Notes: generated from the sequence alone by a model not told the origin. DNA of 64,000 bases from Candidatus Aminicenantes bacterium (GCA_963809345.1 CAWEJF010000015.1:96193-160192), one strand, 5' to 3'. Shown: positions 46,866-57,583, counted from the stretch's first letter. A program made the numbers and translations.

Positions 46866-47771
46866 ATGAAATATCGCACCCTGGGCCGGACCGGCCTCAA
46901 AGTATCCGTCGTCGGCGTCGGCGCCTGGCAGTTCGGCGGGGAGTGGGGCAAGACCTTCACCCAGCCCGAGGTCGACGCCATCCTCGACCGGGCCGCCGAG
47001 GCCGGGGTCAACCTCATCGATACCGCCGAGTGTTACGGCGACCATCTGTCCGAGCGGCTGATCGGCGATTACCTTTCCCGCCACGAGCGCGACCGTTGGG
47101 TCATCGCCACCAAGTTCGGCCACCGCTTCAACGGCTTCATGGCCCGGGACGATGTTTTCGGCGCCGAGGACGTCAAGGCCCAGCTCATCGCTTCGCTGCG
47201 GGCCCTGCGGACCGATAGGATCGACATCTACCAGTTCCATTCGGGCAGCGACGAGGCCTTCCTCGACGACGGGCTGAAGGCCTGCCTCGAAGAAGCGCGG
47301 CGCGCGGGGATGGTCCGCAACCTCGGCGTGTCCATCCGCGGCTCCGGAAGCGAGCTCCAGACGCGCGAGGCGTTCGGCCGCGGCTACGGCGTTCTCCAGG
47401 TCAAATACAACCGGCTCGACCTCCGGGCCGAGGCCGAGGTCTTCCCCACCGCCCGGCGCTACAATCTGGGCGTCCTGGCCCGGGTACCGCTCGCGAGCGG
47501 CCTCATCACGGGGTCCCACGAGGCGGGGGATACGTTCGGGCCGGACGACTACCGCTCGACATTGGGGCGGGAGGAGATCGCCCGGCGCGTCCGCCTGGCG
47601 GAGAAGCTGGCTGATGAGGAGCTTCCCCTCGGCATATCCCGCGTCCGCTGGGCCCTGGCCTGGTGCCTGCGCGACCCTGTCGTGACGGCCGTCATCCCCG
47701 GCGCGAAGAACCCGGAACAGGTCGCGGAGAACGCTTTGGCCGCCGACCTTCTGTCCGAGAAGACGCCCTGA
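46866..47771 (+). CDS. aldo/keto reductase
   Basis: MKYRTLGRTGLKVSVVGVGAWQFGG...IDTAECYG...IDIYQFH are typical AKR motifs. Confidence 0.9.
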   Translation: MKYRTLGRTGLKVSVVGVGAWQFGGEWGKTFTQPEVDAILDRAAEAGVNLIDTAECYGDHLSERLIGDYLSRHERDRWVIATKFGHRFNGFMARDDVFGAEDVKAQLIASLRALRTDRIDIYQFHSGSDEAFLDDGLKACLEEARRAGMVRNLGVSIRGSGSELQTREAFGRGYGVLQVKYNRLDLRAEAEVFPTARRYNLGVLARVPLASGLITGSHEAGDTFGPDDYRSTLGREEIARRVRLAEKLADEELPLGISRVRWALAWCLRDPVVTAVIPGAKNPEQVAENALAADLLSEKTP

Positions 47772-47807
47772 GCGAGGGCTCGCAGGGGCCCTCGGACGGA
47801 CCTCCCG

Positions 47808-48698
47808 TCACTTAATGACTGGCGCTGGTGTCTCGGGGGCAGGGACGTTGGCCGCCGGCTGGACGCATTCATCCTTGAACCGGACCGCGAACTCTTCGAC
47901 CTCCTTGGGCGTCAGCGCTGTCTTGCCGCGCTGGAGGTAGTCGTTGAAGATCCGGTTGAAACAGGACTGATAGCGGAATCGCTCCGTCCGGCCCTTCTCG
48001 TCGTGGACGGGCTCGTCGTAGAGGCGGACCGAGACGAGGTCCTCGCGGTCCTGGGTCACGCTGTAAACGTAATTCGCCGACGCGGCACAGCTCTCGCTCG
48101 TCACCTCGAGGTCCTCGTTCGCGGTCAGATTGAACCGAACGTCCATCGCCAGCTCGAGAAGGCCGATGGGCGTGATATCCCGCGAATAAAGAAAGTTGTC
48201 GCCCTCGATGCGCTCGGCCTGGATGCCGCCATTGCAGGCGCTGCCCTCGTTCCAGGCCCGGACGAGGCCGAGCCAATCGCCATTCTTCTGGAGGAGCACG
48301 ATGTTGTCGACGTCGGCGGGCTCGCCGGTATTGAAGGTGATCGAGAGGACGTAGAGCTCGGCGCCCCCTTCGTAGGGCGCGGCGAAGGCGGCATAAGCGA
48401 AGAAGGGCGACCGGCCCGTGGCGATATCCTCCTCGAAGTCCGTCGCCCACCAGCCGGGCTGGTCCTCCCACTGGCGGGCCTCGAGGCTGGTCTTGAATTC
48501 GGCCAGGTTGATCTGGCCCGTCGTCGATCTGTAGAGGGCGCTGACCGCGGCCGGATGGATGGCCCGGCCGTGGAACGTGAATTCGCCCGGGATGTCCGCG
48601 GGGGGCTTGCCCTTGCAGGCGGGAGACGTGCCGATCAAGGCCAGCACGATGACGGCGGCCGCGAGGGCCGGAGTGTTTTTCGCGTCGGGATGTCTCAT
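47808..48698 (-). CDS. secreted (possibly lipo-) protein, unknown function
   Basis: N-terminal hydrophobic segment ...AAAVIVLALIGTSPAC. No recognisable motifs. Confidence 0.55.
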   Translation of the reverse strand: MRHPDAKNTPALAAAVIVLALIGTSPACKGKPPADIPGEFTFHGRAIHPAAVSALYRSTTGQINLAEFKTSLEARQWEDQPGWWATDFEEDIATGRSPFFAYAAFAAPYEGGAELYVLSITFNTGEPADVDNIVLLQKNGDWLGLVRAWNEGSACNGGIQAERIEGDNFLYSRDITPIGLLELAMDVRFNLTANEDLEVTSESCAASANYVYSVTQDREDLVSVRLYDEPVHDEKGRTERFRYQSCFNRIFNDYLQRGKTALTPKEVEEFAVRFKDECVQPAANVPAPETPAPVIK

Positions 48699-48898
48699 GG
48701 TGTCGCTCCTCCCGTCTCTTTAGACGGCCCCGATCTTTCTTTCTTGCCCCTTCCGACGCAAATTATAGATAAATATCGATAGTGCATCAAGCCGCGAAGC
48801 GAAAACGGGGCTGATCGCCTGACCGGGTCCGCCTTATCTTCATCGCGGTTGAAGGCATCTCGCCCGGCTTGTATATTAGGGGGAAGGGACCCGCGAAA

Positions 48899-50140
48899 AT
48901 GAGCCAGCCCGGGCCGCGACTGACGCTGTTCGACGCCGTCAACGTCTCCCTCGGGTCCATCATCGGGGCGGGCATCTTCGTCATCCTCGGGGCGGCCGCG
49001 GCCGTGGCGGGCCCGGCGCTCGTCCTGTCCGTCCTCATCGCCGCCTTCGTCTCCCTCCTGACGGGGCTCTCGACGGCCGAGCTCAGCCGGATGTATCCGA
49101 GGAGCGGAGGCGTCTATATTTTCGCGCGCGAGACCCTGTCCGATTTCCTGGGCTTCCTCGTCGGCTGGGTCTGGCTCTTCTCCAACGTCGTCGGCGGGGC
49201 GACGGTCGCCGTCGGCTTCGGGCACTACCTGAGTTTCTTCTTTCCGAAGCTCCCGGCCGGCGTCGGCATCGTCGCCGTCGTCGTCTTCACGGTCATGATC
49301 CACCTCGCCGGGGCCAAGGAGTCGAGCCGGTTCAACAACGTCCTCGTCGTGTTCAAGATCGCTGTGCTGATCTTTTTCTCGGCGGCGGCCTTCCTCCATT
49401 TCCAGGGCGCCAACTTCCGGCCCTTCCTGCCGTTCGGCTTCCGGGGGGTCTGGGCCGGGGCGGCGACGATCTTCTTCGCCTACGCGGGGTTCGCCCGGGT
49501 CGCCATCGTCGCCGACGAGATCGAGGAGCCGCGGAAGAACGTGCCGCGCGCGACCCTGATCTCGATCTTCATCTCCACGATCATCTACCTCATCGTGGCC
49601 GCGGCCGCCGTGGGCGGGGCCGGGTCCGGGCTTTTGGCCCGGTCGGGATCGCCGCTCGCCGATGCGCTCGGGTCGATGGGCATGGCCTTCGGGGCCCGCC
49701 TTGTGGCCTTGGGCGGCCTGGCCGCGGCTGGGACGGTGGCCCTGGCCTCGGTGCTCGGCATCTCGCGGCTGGCCCAGGTCATGGCCCGCAACGGGGAGCT
49801 TCCGGCCTTCATCGGGCGGCCGGGCGGCCGGAGCGCCGTGCCGCGGAACGCCATCCTGATCGGCGGGGCGGCCATGCTCGCCCTGGCCTTCGCCGCCGAC
49901 CTGCCCCACATCGCCTACATCAGCAGCTTCTCGCTCCTCCTCTATTATGCCGCGCTCAATCTGAGCGGACTCAAGGTCCTCAAGGGCGGCATGCGTATCG
50001 TGACCGGGCTCGGCCTTCTTTCCTGCCTCGTCCTGATGGTCCATCTGCCGTGGCGCTCCTGGGTTGTCGGGGCGGCGGTCGTCGCTTCCGGCGCGGTCTA
50101 CCACTGGGGCCGGCAAATCGCAGAAAAAAAACGTTCCTGA
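48899..50140 (+). CDS. APC superfamily amino-acid permease
   Basis: MSQPGPRLTLFDAVNVSLGSIIGAGIFV... with about 12 TM helices. The ORF opens at 48869. SD-like GGGGGAAGGGA precedes ATG 48899. Confidence 0.85.
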   Translation: MSQPGPRLTLFDAVNVSLGSIIGAGIFVILGAAAAVAGPALVLSVLIAAFVSLLTGLSTAELSRMYPRSGGVYIFARETLSDFLGFLVGWVWLFSNVVGGATVAVGFGHYLSFFFPKLPAGVGIVAVVVFTVMIHLAGAKESSRFNNVLVVFKIAVLIFFSAAAFLHFQGANFRPFLPFGFRGVWAGAATIFFAYAGFARVAIVADEIEEPRKNVPRATLISIFISTIIYLIVAAAAVGGAGSGLLARSGSPLADALGSMGMAFGARLVALGGLAAAGTVALASVLGISRLAQVMARNGELPAFIGRPGGRSAVPRNAILIGGAAMLALAFAADLPHIAYISSFSLLLYYAALNLSGLKVLKGGMRIVTGLGLLSCLVLMVHLPWRSWVVGAAVVASGAVYHWGRQIAEKKRS

Positions 50141-50468
50141 GGGGAAAACTGCAACTTTTTGGGGGTCGTGTACGTCTATTATTGTGGAGACAGAAAGATG
50201 AGCGACAGAACGCACGGCGCTTCGAGGATAAAGACGCTCCGGCTTGCCGTAAGGCCCGGAGCGTCGGCGATCACCCAGCTGGGCGCGGCGTTGATGGGAC
50301 GCGGGCGTTCCCGCGCCGCCAGCATATCCGTGGCCGGCTTTTTCTTTCCCTATTCCGTGGGCTTCCCCGTCCTGGCCTATCCGGGGCGCAAACCCCTGCC
50401 GCCGGTCTTCGGGATTGGCCCGCGGACGTTGAGGTACGGCCGTTAGGCCGGGGGGTTCGTCCCGGCAT

Positions 50469-50497
50469 TTGACATTCCGTAGCCACGCCCTAATAAT
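50469..50497 (+). promoter_or_regulatory. promoter-like TTGACA-N16-TAATAAT
   Basis: 50469-50474 and 50491-50497. AAGGAGGG SD at 50513-50520. ATG 50527. Confidence 0.4.
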
Positions 50498-50526
50498 CCC
50501 CTCCTAGAACCAAAGGAGGGAGAGCC

Positions 50527-51828
50527 ATGAACAGAAAAGAATTCCTCAAGATGTCGGCGGGGCTGGCCGGCGGGGTCGCCGGGTTGCCCCTGATGAGAAA
50601 GCTCGCGGGGGCGGCGACGGCCGAGCCGGTCGAAAGCCTGCTCGTCCGGGCCGCGGCCGCCGGGGATGATACGTTCTACTGGAAGCTTATCCGCGAACAG
50701 TTCATTCTCGACCCCGGTTGGATCTTCCTCAACTTCGGCGGTCTCGGCTCCTGCCCGCTGCCCGTGATCAACGCGCTCGTCGAATTCACCAAGGTCGAAG
50801 AGAGCGCGCCGAGCGCGGGACATGACGAGAAGCCGTGGCAGGAGGTCAAGACGAAGCTGGCCCGGGCCCTCGGAAAAACATGCCGCAAGGAGGACATCGG
50901 CCTCATCGGCGGGGCGACGGAAGGCGTCAACGTCATCGTCAACGGCCTGCCGCTCAAGAAAGGCGACGAGGTCATCACCTCGACCCACGAGCACGTCGCC
51001 GTCCATTCGGCCCTCCTCAACCGCATGCAGCGCGACGGCATCGCCATCCGCCTGTTCGAGCCGGACAAGCTGAGCGCGATGGGCAACGTCGACCGCATCG
51101 CCCGCCTCATCACGCCGCGGACCCGGCTCATCATCATCAGCCACGTCACCTGCACGACCGGACAGCTCTTTCCGGTGAAGGAGATCGCGGCGCTGGCCCA
51201 CGGCAAGAACATCTGGTTCGCGCTCGACGGCGCCCAGGCGCCGGTGTGCTCGCCCTTCGACATCGTCGACATCGGCGTCGATTTCTACACCTGCTCGACC
51301 CACAAGTGGATGATGGGCCCCAAGCGCACGGGCTTCATCTACGTCCGGCAGGGGATGGTCGACACCCTGAGGCCGCAGACGGTCGGCGGGGGATCGTCGG
51401 AACGCTACGACGCCGCGAAAGGCGAGTTCGTCCTCAAGTCGACGGCCGAGCGGTTCGAGTCCGGGACGCAGAACGACGCCCTGTTCTATTCGCTGGGGAC
51501 GGCCCTCGACTTCGTGGACACGATCGGCATCGACCGCATCGCCGGCCGCTGCCGCCCGCTTTCCGAGCGCTTCTACAACGGGCTCGGCGAGATCCCGGGC
51601 GTCGAGCGCCTTTCGCCCGAGGAGGAGGCTTATCGGACGCTGATGATCGGCTTCCGCATGAAGACCCACACGCATACGGCCATCATGGAACACCTGGCCA
51701 AGGACAGGATCAAGGCCAGGCCCGTCGGCGAGGGCGGCCTCAACTCGATCCGCGTCTCGTTTTACCTGAACAACCGCGACGAGGACGTGACGGCCATCCT
51801 GGATTCGCTGAAGAAGCTGGCGGCGTAA
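50527..51828 (+). CDS. class V aminotransferase-fold PLP enzyme (cysteine desulfurase / isopenicillin-N epimerase-like) with Tat-like leader
   Basis: MNRKEFLKMSAGLAGGVAGLPL leader. STHKW PLP-lysine motif. ISHVTCTTG. Confidence 0.8.
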   Translation: MNRKEFLKMSAGLAGGVAGLPLMRKLAGAATAEPVESLLVRAAAAGDDTFYWKLIREQFILDPGWIFLNFGGLGSCPLPVINALVEFTKVEESAPSAGHDEKPWQEVKTKLARALGKTCRKEDIGLIGGATEGVNVIVNGLPLKKGDEVITSTHEHVAVHSALLNRMQRDGIAIRLFEPDKLSAMGNVDRIARLITPRTRLIIISHVTCTTGQLFPVKEIAALAHGKNIWFALDGAQAPVCSPFDIVDIGVDFYTCSTHKWMMGPKRTGFIYVRQGMVDTLRPQTVGGGSSERYDAAKGEFVLKSTAERFESGTQNDALFYSLGTALDFVDTIGIDRIAGRCRPLSERFYNGLGEIPGVERLSPEEEAYRTLMIGFRMKTHTHTAIMEHLAKDRIKARPVGEGGLNSIRVSFYLNNRDEDVTAILDSLKKLAA

Positions 51829-51888
51829 ATCGTATAACCGTTGCCCTGAGGTTAGCGTTCGCCATAGCACTCGGGTAGAATAAGCGGC

Positions 51889-54800
51889 GTGGAACGCAAG
51901 CCGCCTGTCCAGACCGGCCCCCGTGGCAGGGCCGATGCCCGTGCCCGCTTCGAGACCTGGCTGGCCGCACGGGCCCGGAACGTGCCGCGCGTCTCCTACC
52001 CGCCGGAGCTGCCCATCACCCCGCGCGCCGAAGAGATCGTGGCCGCTCTGCGCTCGCCGCGCCGCCGGGTCGTCATCATCTCGGGCGAGACGGGCTGCGG
52101 CAAGAGCACGCAGATCCCGAAGATGTGCCTCGAGGCGGGGAGGGGCGTCGCCGGCCGCATCGGGGTCACCCAGCCGCGGCGCCTCGCCGCGATGACCATC
52201 GCCTCGCGCATCGCCGAAGAGCTCGGCGAGCCGCTCGGGCGGTCCGTCGGCTACAAGATCCGCTTTCAGGACCGGACCTCGCGCGACGGCTACATCAAGA
52301 TCATGACCGACGGCATCCTCCTCGCCGAGACGCAGGGCGACCACGGCCTCTACGAGTACGACACCATCATCATCGACGAGGCCCACGAGCGCTCGCTCAA
52401 CATCGACTTCCTCCTCGGCATCATGCGCCGGCTCCTCGACGAGCGGCCCGACCTCAAGCTCGTCATCACCTCGGCGACGCTCGACACGGAGAAGTTCTCC
52501 AAGGCCTTCAAGAACGCCCCGATCATCGAGGTCAGCGGGCGCGTCTATCCGGTCGAGGTCGACTACCGCGTGCCCGACAAGGAGGAGGCCGAGGACAAGG
52601 ACTATGTCGATCAGGCCGTCGAGGCGATCGAGTACCTGCGGCGCGAGAAGCCGCCTGGCGACATCCTCGTCTTCATGCCGACCGAGCAGGACATCCTCGA
52701 GACCTGCCGCATGCTCGAGGGGCGCAAGTGGCCGCTGGTGAAGGTGCTGCCGCTCTTCTCGCGCCTGCCGGCGGGCCAGCAGCGCCTCGTCTACACCGTG
52801 ACCGTGCCGAAGATCGTCGTGGCCACGAACGTCGCCGAGACCTCGCTGACCATCCCCGGCATCCGCTATGTCGTGGACACGGGTGTGGCGCGGATCGCCC
52901 AGTACCAGCCCGGGACGCGCATCAACAGCCTGCCCATCTCGCCCATCTCGCGGGCCTCGGCCGATCAGCGCAAGGGGCGGTGCGGCCGGGTCAAAGAAGG
53001 GCTGTGCGTCCGCCTTTATAGCCAGGTCGATTACGAGTCGCGCGACGAGTTCACCCAGCCGGAGATCCTGCGGTCCGACCTGGCCGAGGTCATCCTGCGC
53101 ATGACCGACCTCGGATTGGGCGACCCGCTCCTGTTCCCGTTCATCGACAAGCCCGCCTCCAAGGCCGTCCACGACGGCTACGACACCCTCGTCGAGCTCG
53201 GCGCCGTCCGCAAATCGGGGGCGCCAATACCAATTCCCCAATTCCCGCTGGGAGCTGACGGAGAACGGCCGGGCCATGGCCCGGATGCAGGTCGACCCGC
53301 GGCTGTCGCGCATGCTCATCGAGGCCCGGACCGAAAATTGCCTCTCCGAGGTGTCGGTGCTGGCCGCGGCGCTCAGCATCCGCGATCCGCGCGAGCGCCC
53401 GCCGGACAAGGCCCAGCAGGCCGACGCGGTCCATGCCGTCTTCAAGCACCCCGACTCGGATTTTCTCGTCCTGCTCAACATCTGGAACCGCTATCACGGC
53501 GATTTCGAGAAGCTCGGCTCGCTCGTCCAGAAGAGGCGCTTCTGCCACGAGAACTTCCTGTCGTTCCCGCGTATGCGCGAGTGGGTCTACCTCCACGCGG
53601 AACTTGAGAACGCCCTCAGGGAATTGGCGCGCGGCCGCATCATGTCCCAGCCGGCAATCCTGCATCAGGATATCTCGCCGGCGCTCTATGGCGCGATCCA
53701 CCGATCCGTCCTCAGCGGATATCTCTCGAACATCGCCGCGCACAAGGAAAAGAACGTCTATTCCGGTGCCAAGAACCGCGAGGTCACGCTATGGCCCGGC
53801 TCGGTCCTCTTTGCCAAGGCCGCTCCCTGGATCGTCTCGACCGAGGTCGTCCGGACTTCGCGTCTTTTCGCCCGGACCGCCGCCCGCATCGATCCCGCCT
53901 GGCTCGAGCGCCTGGGCGGCCCGCTCTGCAAGCGCTCCTACTCCGACGCCGCCTGGGACCGCGCCCGTGGCGAGGTCACGGCCAAAGAACGCGTCACGCT
54001 CTTCGGGCTCGAGATCGTCCGCGAGCGCCGCGTCTCCTATGCCCGAGTCAACCCGGCCGAAGCCCATGAGATCTTCGTCATGAACGGCCTCGTCGAGGGC
54101 GAGATCGACGACCCGCCGCCCTTCCTCGTCCACAACCTCGAGCTCCAGCGCAAGGTCGAGGCCATGGAGGAGAAGCTCCGCCGCCGCGACATCCTCGTCG
54201 CCGAAGGCGAGATCGCCAAGTTCTATTCGGAGAAGCTCCCGGGCATCCACGACATCCGCACCCTCCGCAAGCTCCTCAAGGACGTCCACGACCGGGGCGG
54301 CGCCGACTCCTTCCTGCGCCTCGCCGAGGACGCGCTCCTCAACTACCACCCGGACGAAGCCGCCGTGGCCGCCTTCCCCGATTCCGTAGAGATCGCCGGC
54401 CGGCCATTCCGTGCGGTCTACCATTTCGCCCCCGGCGAGGAGGACGACGGCGTCACGCTGACCGTGCCGCCCGAGCTCCTGAGCGCCATCCCGGTCGGGC
54501 GCCTCGAGTGGGGCGTCGCCGGGCAGTACCAGGACAAGATCGCCGCGCTCATCAAAGGCCTGCCGAAGCGCTACCGCAAGCTCCTCGTCCCGGCAGGGGA
54601 GAAGGCCGAGGAGATCGCCCGCGAGATGCCCAAGGCCCCCGAGGAAGTGCCGCTCTTCAAGGCCGTCGCCGAGTTCGTCAAGCGCCGTTACAGCGTCGAT
54701 ATCCCGGCCCGCGAATGGGCCCTGGCCGACGTCCCGAAGCACCTGCGCATGCGCGTAGCCGTCGTCGACCCGGGGACGGGACGCGTCATCGACGCCGGGC

Positions 54801-55945
54801 GCGACGTCGAGCTTCTGCGGAAAAAGATCGGCGCCGCCGACGAGGCCCCGTCCAAGGTCGAATCGCCGGCGTGGCAGGAAGCGCGGCGCGCCTGGGATAA
54901 GTCGGGCCTGACGGAATGGACGTTCGGCGATCTGCCCGAGAAGATCGCGGTCGGCACCTCGCTCACGGCCTACCCCGCCCTCGTCGTCGAAGAAAAGAGG
55001 GTGTCAGACCTACCTTTTACCCAAAACCGGGTAAAAGGTAGGTCTGACACCCTCTTGCCCGCCCTTGATTCGGTCGCCGTACGGCTCTTCCCAACGCGGG
55101 CCGAGGCTGCGGCCGTCGCACAAAGCCGGCGTCCGCTGGCTCCTGATGCGCAAGTTCGTAAAAGACCTGGCTTTCGTCCGCCGCTACCACAAGATCCCGG
55201 CCGATCTTGAGCGGGCGGCGCTCTATTTCGGCGGGCGGGACGCCGTCGAGCGGGCCATCGAGGAAGCCCTGGCCCGTAACGTCTTCGAGCGCAATATCCG
55301 CACCGAAGCCGAGTACAAGGCGTATGAAGCCGAGGTCGGCCGGACGCTCTTCGAGAAAGGACATGCCCTGACCCAGACGGTCGTCAAGATCGTCGAGCTC
55401 CATGCTAAGGTCCGCGCCGATCTGGGGAAGGAGAGCGGCGGGGAGGGGCGGCAGCTTCGGGTGGCGCGGCGACGGCACGCGCCGGCAAGCCCGCAAAGAC
55501 CCTCAGCTTGTATGAGCTCAGCAAGCTCAAAGAGCGGGTCAAGCCCGAGTACCTCGACGCCATTGCCGCCGACCTCGAGCGCCTCGTCCCGAAGGACTTC
55601 CTCGCCGGCTATCCCATCGACCGGCTCGTCCGCATCCCGCGCTATCTCGAGGGCCTCAAGATCCGGCTCGAACGCGCCCGGATCGCTCCCGCAAAAGATA
55701 AGCTGAAGGCCGCCCAGATCGAACCCTACGTCTTCGAGCTGACTCGTCTCGAAGGCGAGCTCAGAAAAGGGGGACAAGGTATCGCGTCCCCGATTTCGGT
55801 GGAGAAGCGCGCCGCCATCGACGAGCTCCGCTGGATGATCGAGGAGTTCAAGCTGGCCCTCTTCGCCCCCGAGATCAAGACCGCCTTCCCCATCTCCGCC
55901 GTCCGCCTGGCCCGCAAGATCGCCGAGATCGACGTCCTCGTCTAA
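51889..55945 (+). CDS. hrpA: ATP-dependent RNA helicase HrpA (DEAH), reading frame broken three times and carrying a palindromic insertion
   Basis: GETGCGKST, IIIDEAHERS, ITSATLD, VATNVAETSLTIPG, QRKGRCGR, then HA2/OB and a DUF3418-like tail. The sequence is spread over ORFs 51889..53607, 53276..55210, 55065..55706 (middle part) and 55508..55945. Confidence 0.9.
54995..55056. repeat. perfect inverted repeat, 28-bp arms and 6-nt loop, inside hrpA
   Basis: AAGAGGGTGTCAGACCTACCTTTTACCC (54995-55022) is the exact reverse complement of 55029-55056. Loop is AAAACC. Confidence 0.95.
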
Positions 55946-56006
55946 TCACACTGAGAAGTCCTGCCCTCGTGCGGCGTCCTCTTCTATGGAGATAGGGAAG
56001 TCAGGC

Positions 56007-56054
56007 TTGACAACCCGGTCGATACACCATATTATACACATAATGAGGTGTATC
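56007..56054 (+). promoter_or_regulatory. promoter TTGACA-N17-TATTAT with flanking 8-bp inverted repeat (putative antitoxin operator)
   Basis: TTGACA 56007-56012, TATTAT 56030-56035. GATACACC (56021-56028) pairs with GGTGTATC (56047-56054). Confidence 0.45.
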
Positions 56055-56056
56055 AG

Positions 56057-56254
56057 GTGAGGACGAACATCGTGATCGATGACGCGCTCGTCGAGGAGGC
56101 CATGGCCCTTTCGAAGCTCAAGACGAAAAGGGACGTCGTGCAAAGGGCCCTTGAGGCGTATGTCCGCGTCCTCAAGAAAAAGGACCTTCGCATACTCAGG
56201 GGCAAAATCCGGCTCGCCGAGGGCTACGACTACAAGAAGCTGAGGGCGCGGTGA
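56057..56254 (+). CDS. vapB: type II antitoxin, VapB (DUF2191-like) family
   Basis: MRTNIVIDDALVEEAMALSKLKTKRDVVQRALEAYV. GTG 56057 preceded by GAGG (the ORF opens at 56048). Confidence 0.75.
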   Translation: MRTNIVIDDALVEEAMALSKLKTKRDVVQRALEAYVRVLKKKDLRILRGKIRLAEGYDYKKLRAR

Positions 56255-56649
56255 TCCTGGTCGATTCCTCGGTTCTGATCGACTTCCTGGAAGGGCGCGA
56301 GAACGCCCCCGTCAACCGCTTCATCGAGGTCCTCGACCACGACATCCCCTTTGGCATAAGCCCGCTCACGATCCTCGAGGTCCTTCAGGGCGCGGCGACG
56401 GAGAAGGATTTCGCGACCTTGCGCGAATATCTTGGCAGCCAGACGGTCTACGACCTAACCGGGGGCCTCGAGTCGTACGCCGAGGCCGCGAAGATATTCT
56501 TCGCCCTGCGAAAGAAAGGGATGTCCGTGGGGAGCTCGATGGACTGCCTGATCGCCCAGACGGCCATCGAGCATGCCCTATCTCTCCTTCACAACGATTC
56601 CGATTTCGACCGGATAGCGAAGGTCTCATCCCTTAAGATCTACGTGTAA
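56251..56649 (+). CDS. vapC: PIN-domain toxin VapC
   Basis: MILVDSSVLIDFL... PIN acidic-residue pattern. GTGA overlap with the antitoxin. Confidence 0.85.
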   Translation: MILVDSSVLIDFLEGRENAPVNRFIEVLDHDIPFGISPLTILEVLQGAATEKDFATLREYLGSQTVYDLTGGLESYAEAAKIFFALRKKGMSVGSSMDCLIAQTAIEHALSLLHNDSDFDRIAKVSSLKIYV

Positions 56650-56666
56650 GATCTGCCTGGACCCCA

Positions 56667-57071
56667 TCAATCGCCGCCGACGAGTTCATAACCGAGCTCC
56701 TGGAAGTGCGGGTCGAAGGCGAAGGCCGTCAGGACTCCCGTCCGCCGCATGACCTCGAAGCTCGCGCAATCGACGAGGCTCAGCGCCCGCCGCCCTGCGG
56801 CCAGGTGGGCCCCGACCGCGGCTTCGTGAACATCCTTCGTCACCCAGACGATGCGCAGGACGGGTACGATATCGCGTTCGAACACGCCCGCGGCTTCCAT
56901 GCCGATCCGCCTCGTCAACACGGCCGACGTTTCGACGAGGACATAGTTATGCGAGATGAGGGTGTTTTCGCCGTTCAGCAGGTCTGCCCAGCGCTTCTTG
57001 GCCGCGGCGTGCCGCTCGTCGCTCCGGTCAAGGACGGCCAGCAAGGCGCTCGTATCGACGAAGACGTTCAT
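56667..57071 (-). CDS. vapC: PIN-domain toxin VapC
   Basis: MNVFVDTSALLAVLD...SLVDCASFEVM. Confidence 0.85.
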   Translation of the reverse strand: MNVFVDTSALLAVLDRSDERHAAAKKRWADLLNGENTLISHNYVLVETSAVLTRRIGMEAAGVFERDIVPVLRIVWVTKDVHEAAVGAHLAAGRRALSLVDCASFEVMRRTGVLTAFAFDPHFQELGYELVGGD

Positions 57072-57463
57072 CGCGTGCCCCCGTTCTTTTCCGGGCTGCC
57101 CGATGGCTTTAGAGCCCGGTCCGCCTCGGGCTTTTCCGCCAAGTACCGGTCGTGGCCCACCGATAGGTCCGGTGCTCCGGATGCGAATCGCCCCGCCGCT
57201 TCGACCGCCCGGCGTCTCAATTCCCGCGCGTCGGCAATCTGAAAACTGGCGTGGGGACCGTAGGAATCCCTGTCCTCGGCTACGCGTCCAATATCCGCCC
57301 CGGTTCCCGCCTCACGGCGCGCTTCGCCTTGCGCCTCACGGAATTCCCGCACGGCCTTCCTGATGACTTCGGCGCTCGACATCCGATGACGCCTTCCGAA
57401 TCCGTCGAGCCATTTCTTTTCGTCCGCCGGAATGGATATGATCGTCCTCGTCATTCGAGCCAT
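57068..57463 (-). CDS. ribbon-helix-helix (CopG-like) antitoxin
   Basis: GAGGAGGA then ATG 57463. MARMTRTIISIPADEKKWLDGFGRRHRMSSAEVIRKAV. Overlaps the toxin start. Confidence 0.75.
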   Translation of the reverse strand: MARMTRTIISIPADEKKWLDGFGRRHRMSSAEVIRKAVREFREAQGEARREAGTGADIGRVAEDRDSYGPHASFQIADARELRRRAVEAAGRFASGAPDLSVGHDRYLAEKPEADRALKPSGSPEKNGGTR

Positions 57464-57535
57464 CAGCGTCCTCCTCGATATATGACTATTATATATCACA
57501 TATTGATATCAAATCAAGTCTTCAGCCCAATCTCC

Positions 57536-57564
57536 TTGACATATATAGTCTAATAGACTATATA
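57536..57564 (+). promoter_or_regulatory. promoter TTGACA-N17-TATATA containing palindrome TATATAGTC-TAATA-GACTATATA
   Basis: TTGACA 57536-57541 and -10 at 57559-57564. 9-bp arms at 57542-57550 and 57556-57564. Confidence 0.45.
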
Positions 57565-57583
57565 AATTCATGAGGCATCCTTC

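Noticed and set aside
50440-50470. tRNA-like T-arm (GCCGGGGGGTTCGTCCCGGC).
   Set aside because: The loop does not fit the TTCRANN consensus. No acceptor, D or anticodon arms could be built around it.
54995-55120. Idea that excising the palindrome would repair the downstream hrpA frame break.
   Set aside because: Removing 62 nt hits a stop almost at once. Removing 61 nt enters the frame of ORF 55065 but encodes SPPLIRSPYGSSQRGPRLRPS, which is not helicase-like. The as-read ALDSVAVRLFPTRAEAAA looks like HrpA. The insertion is therefore effectively in frame, and the break near 55115 is separate.
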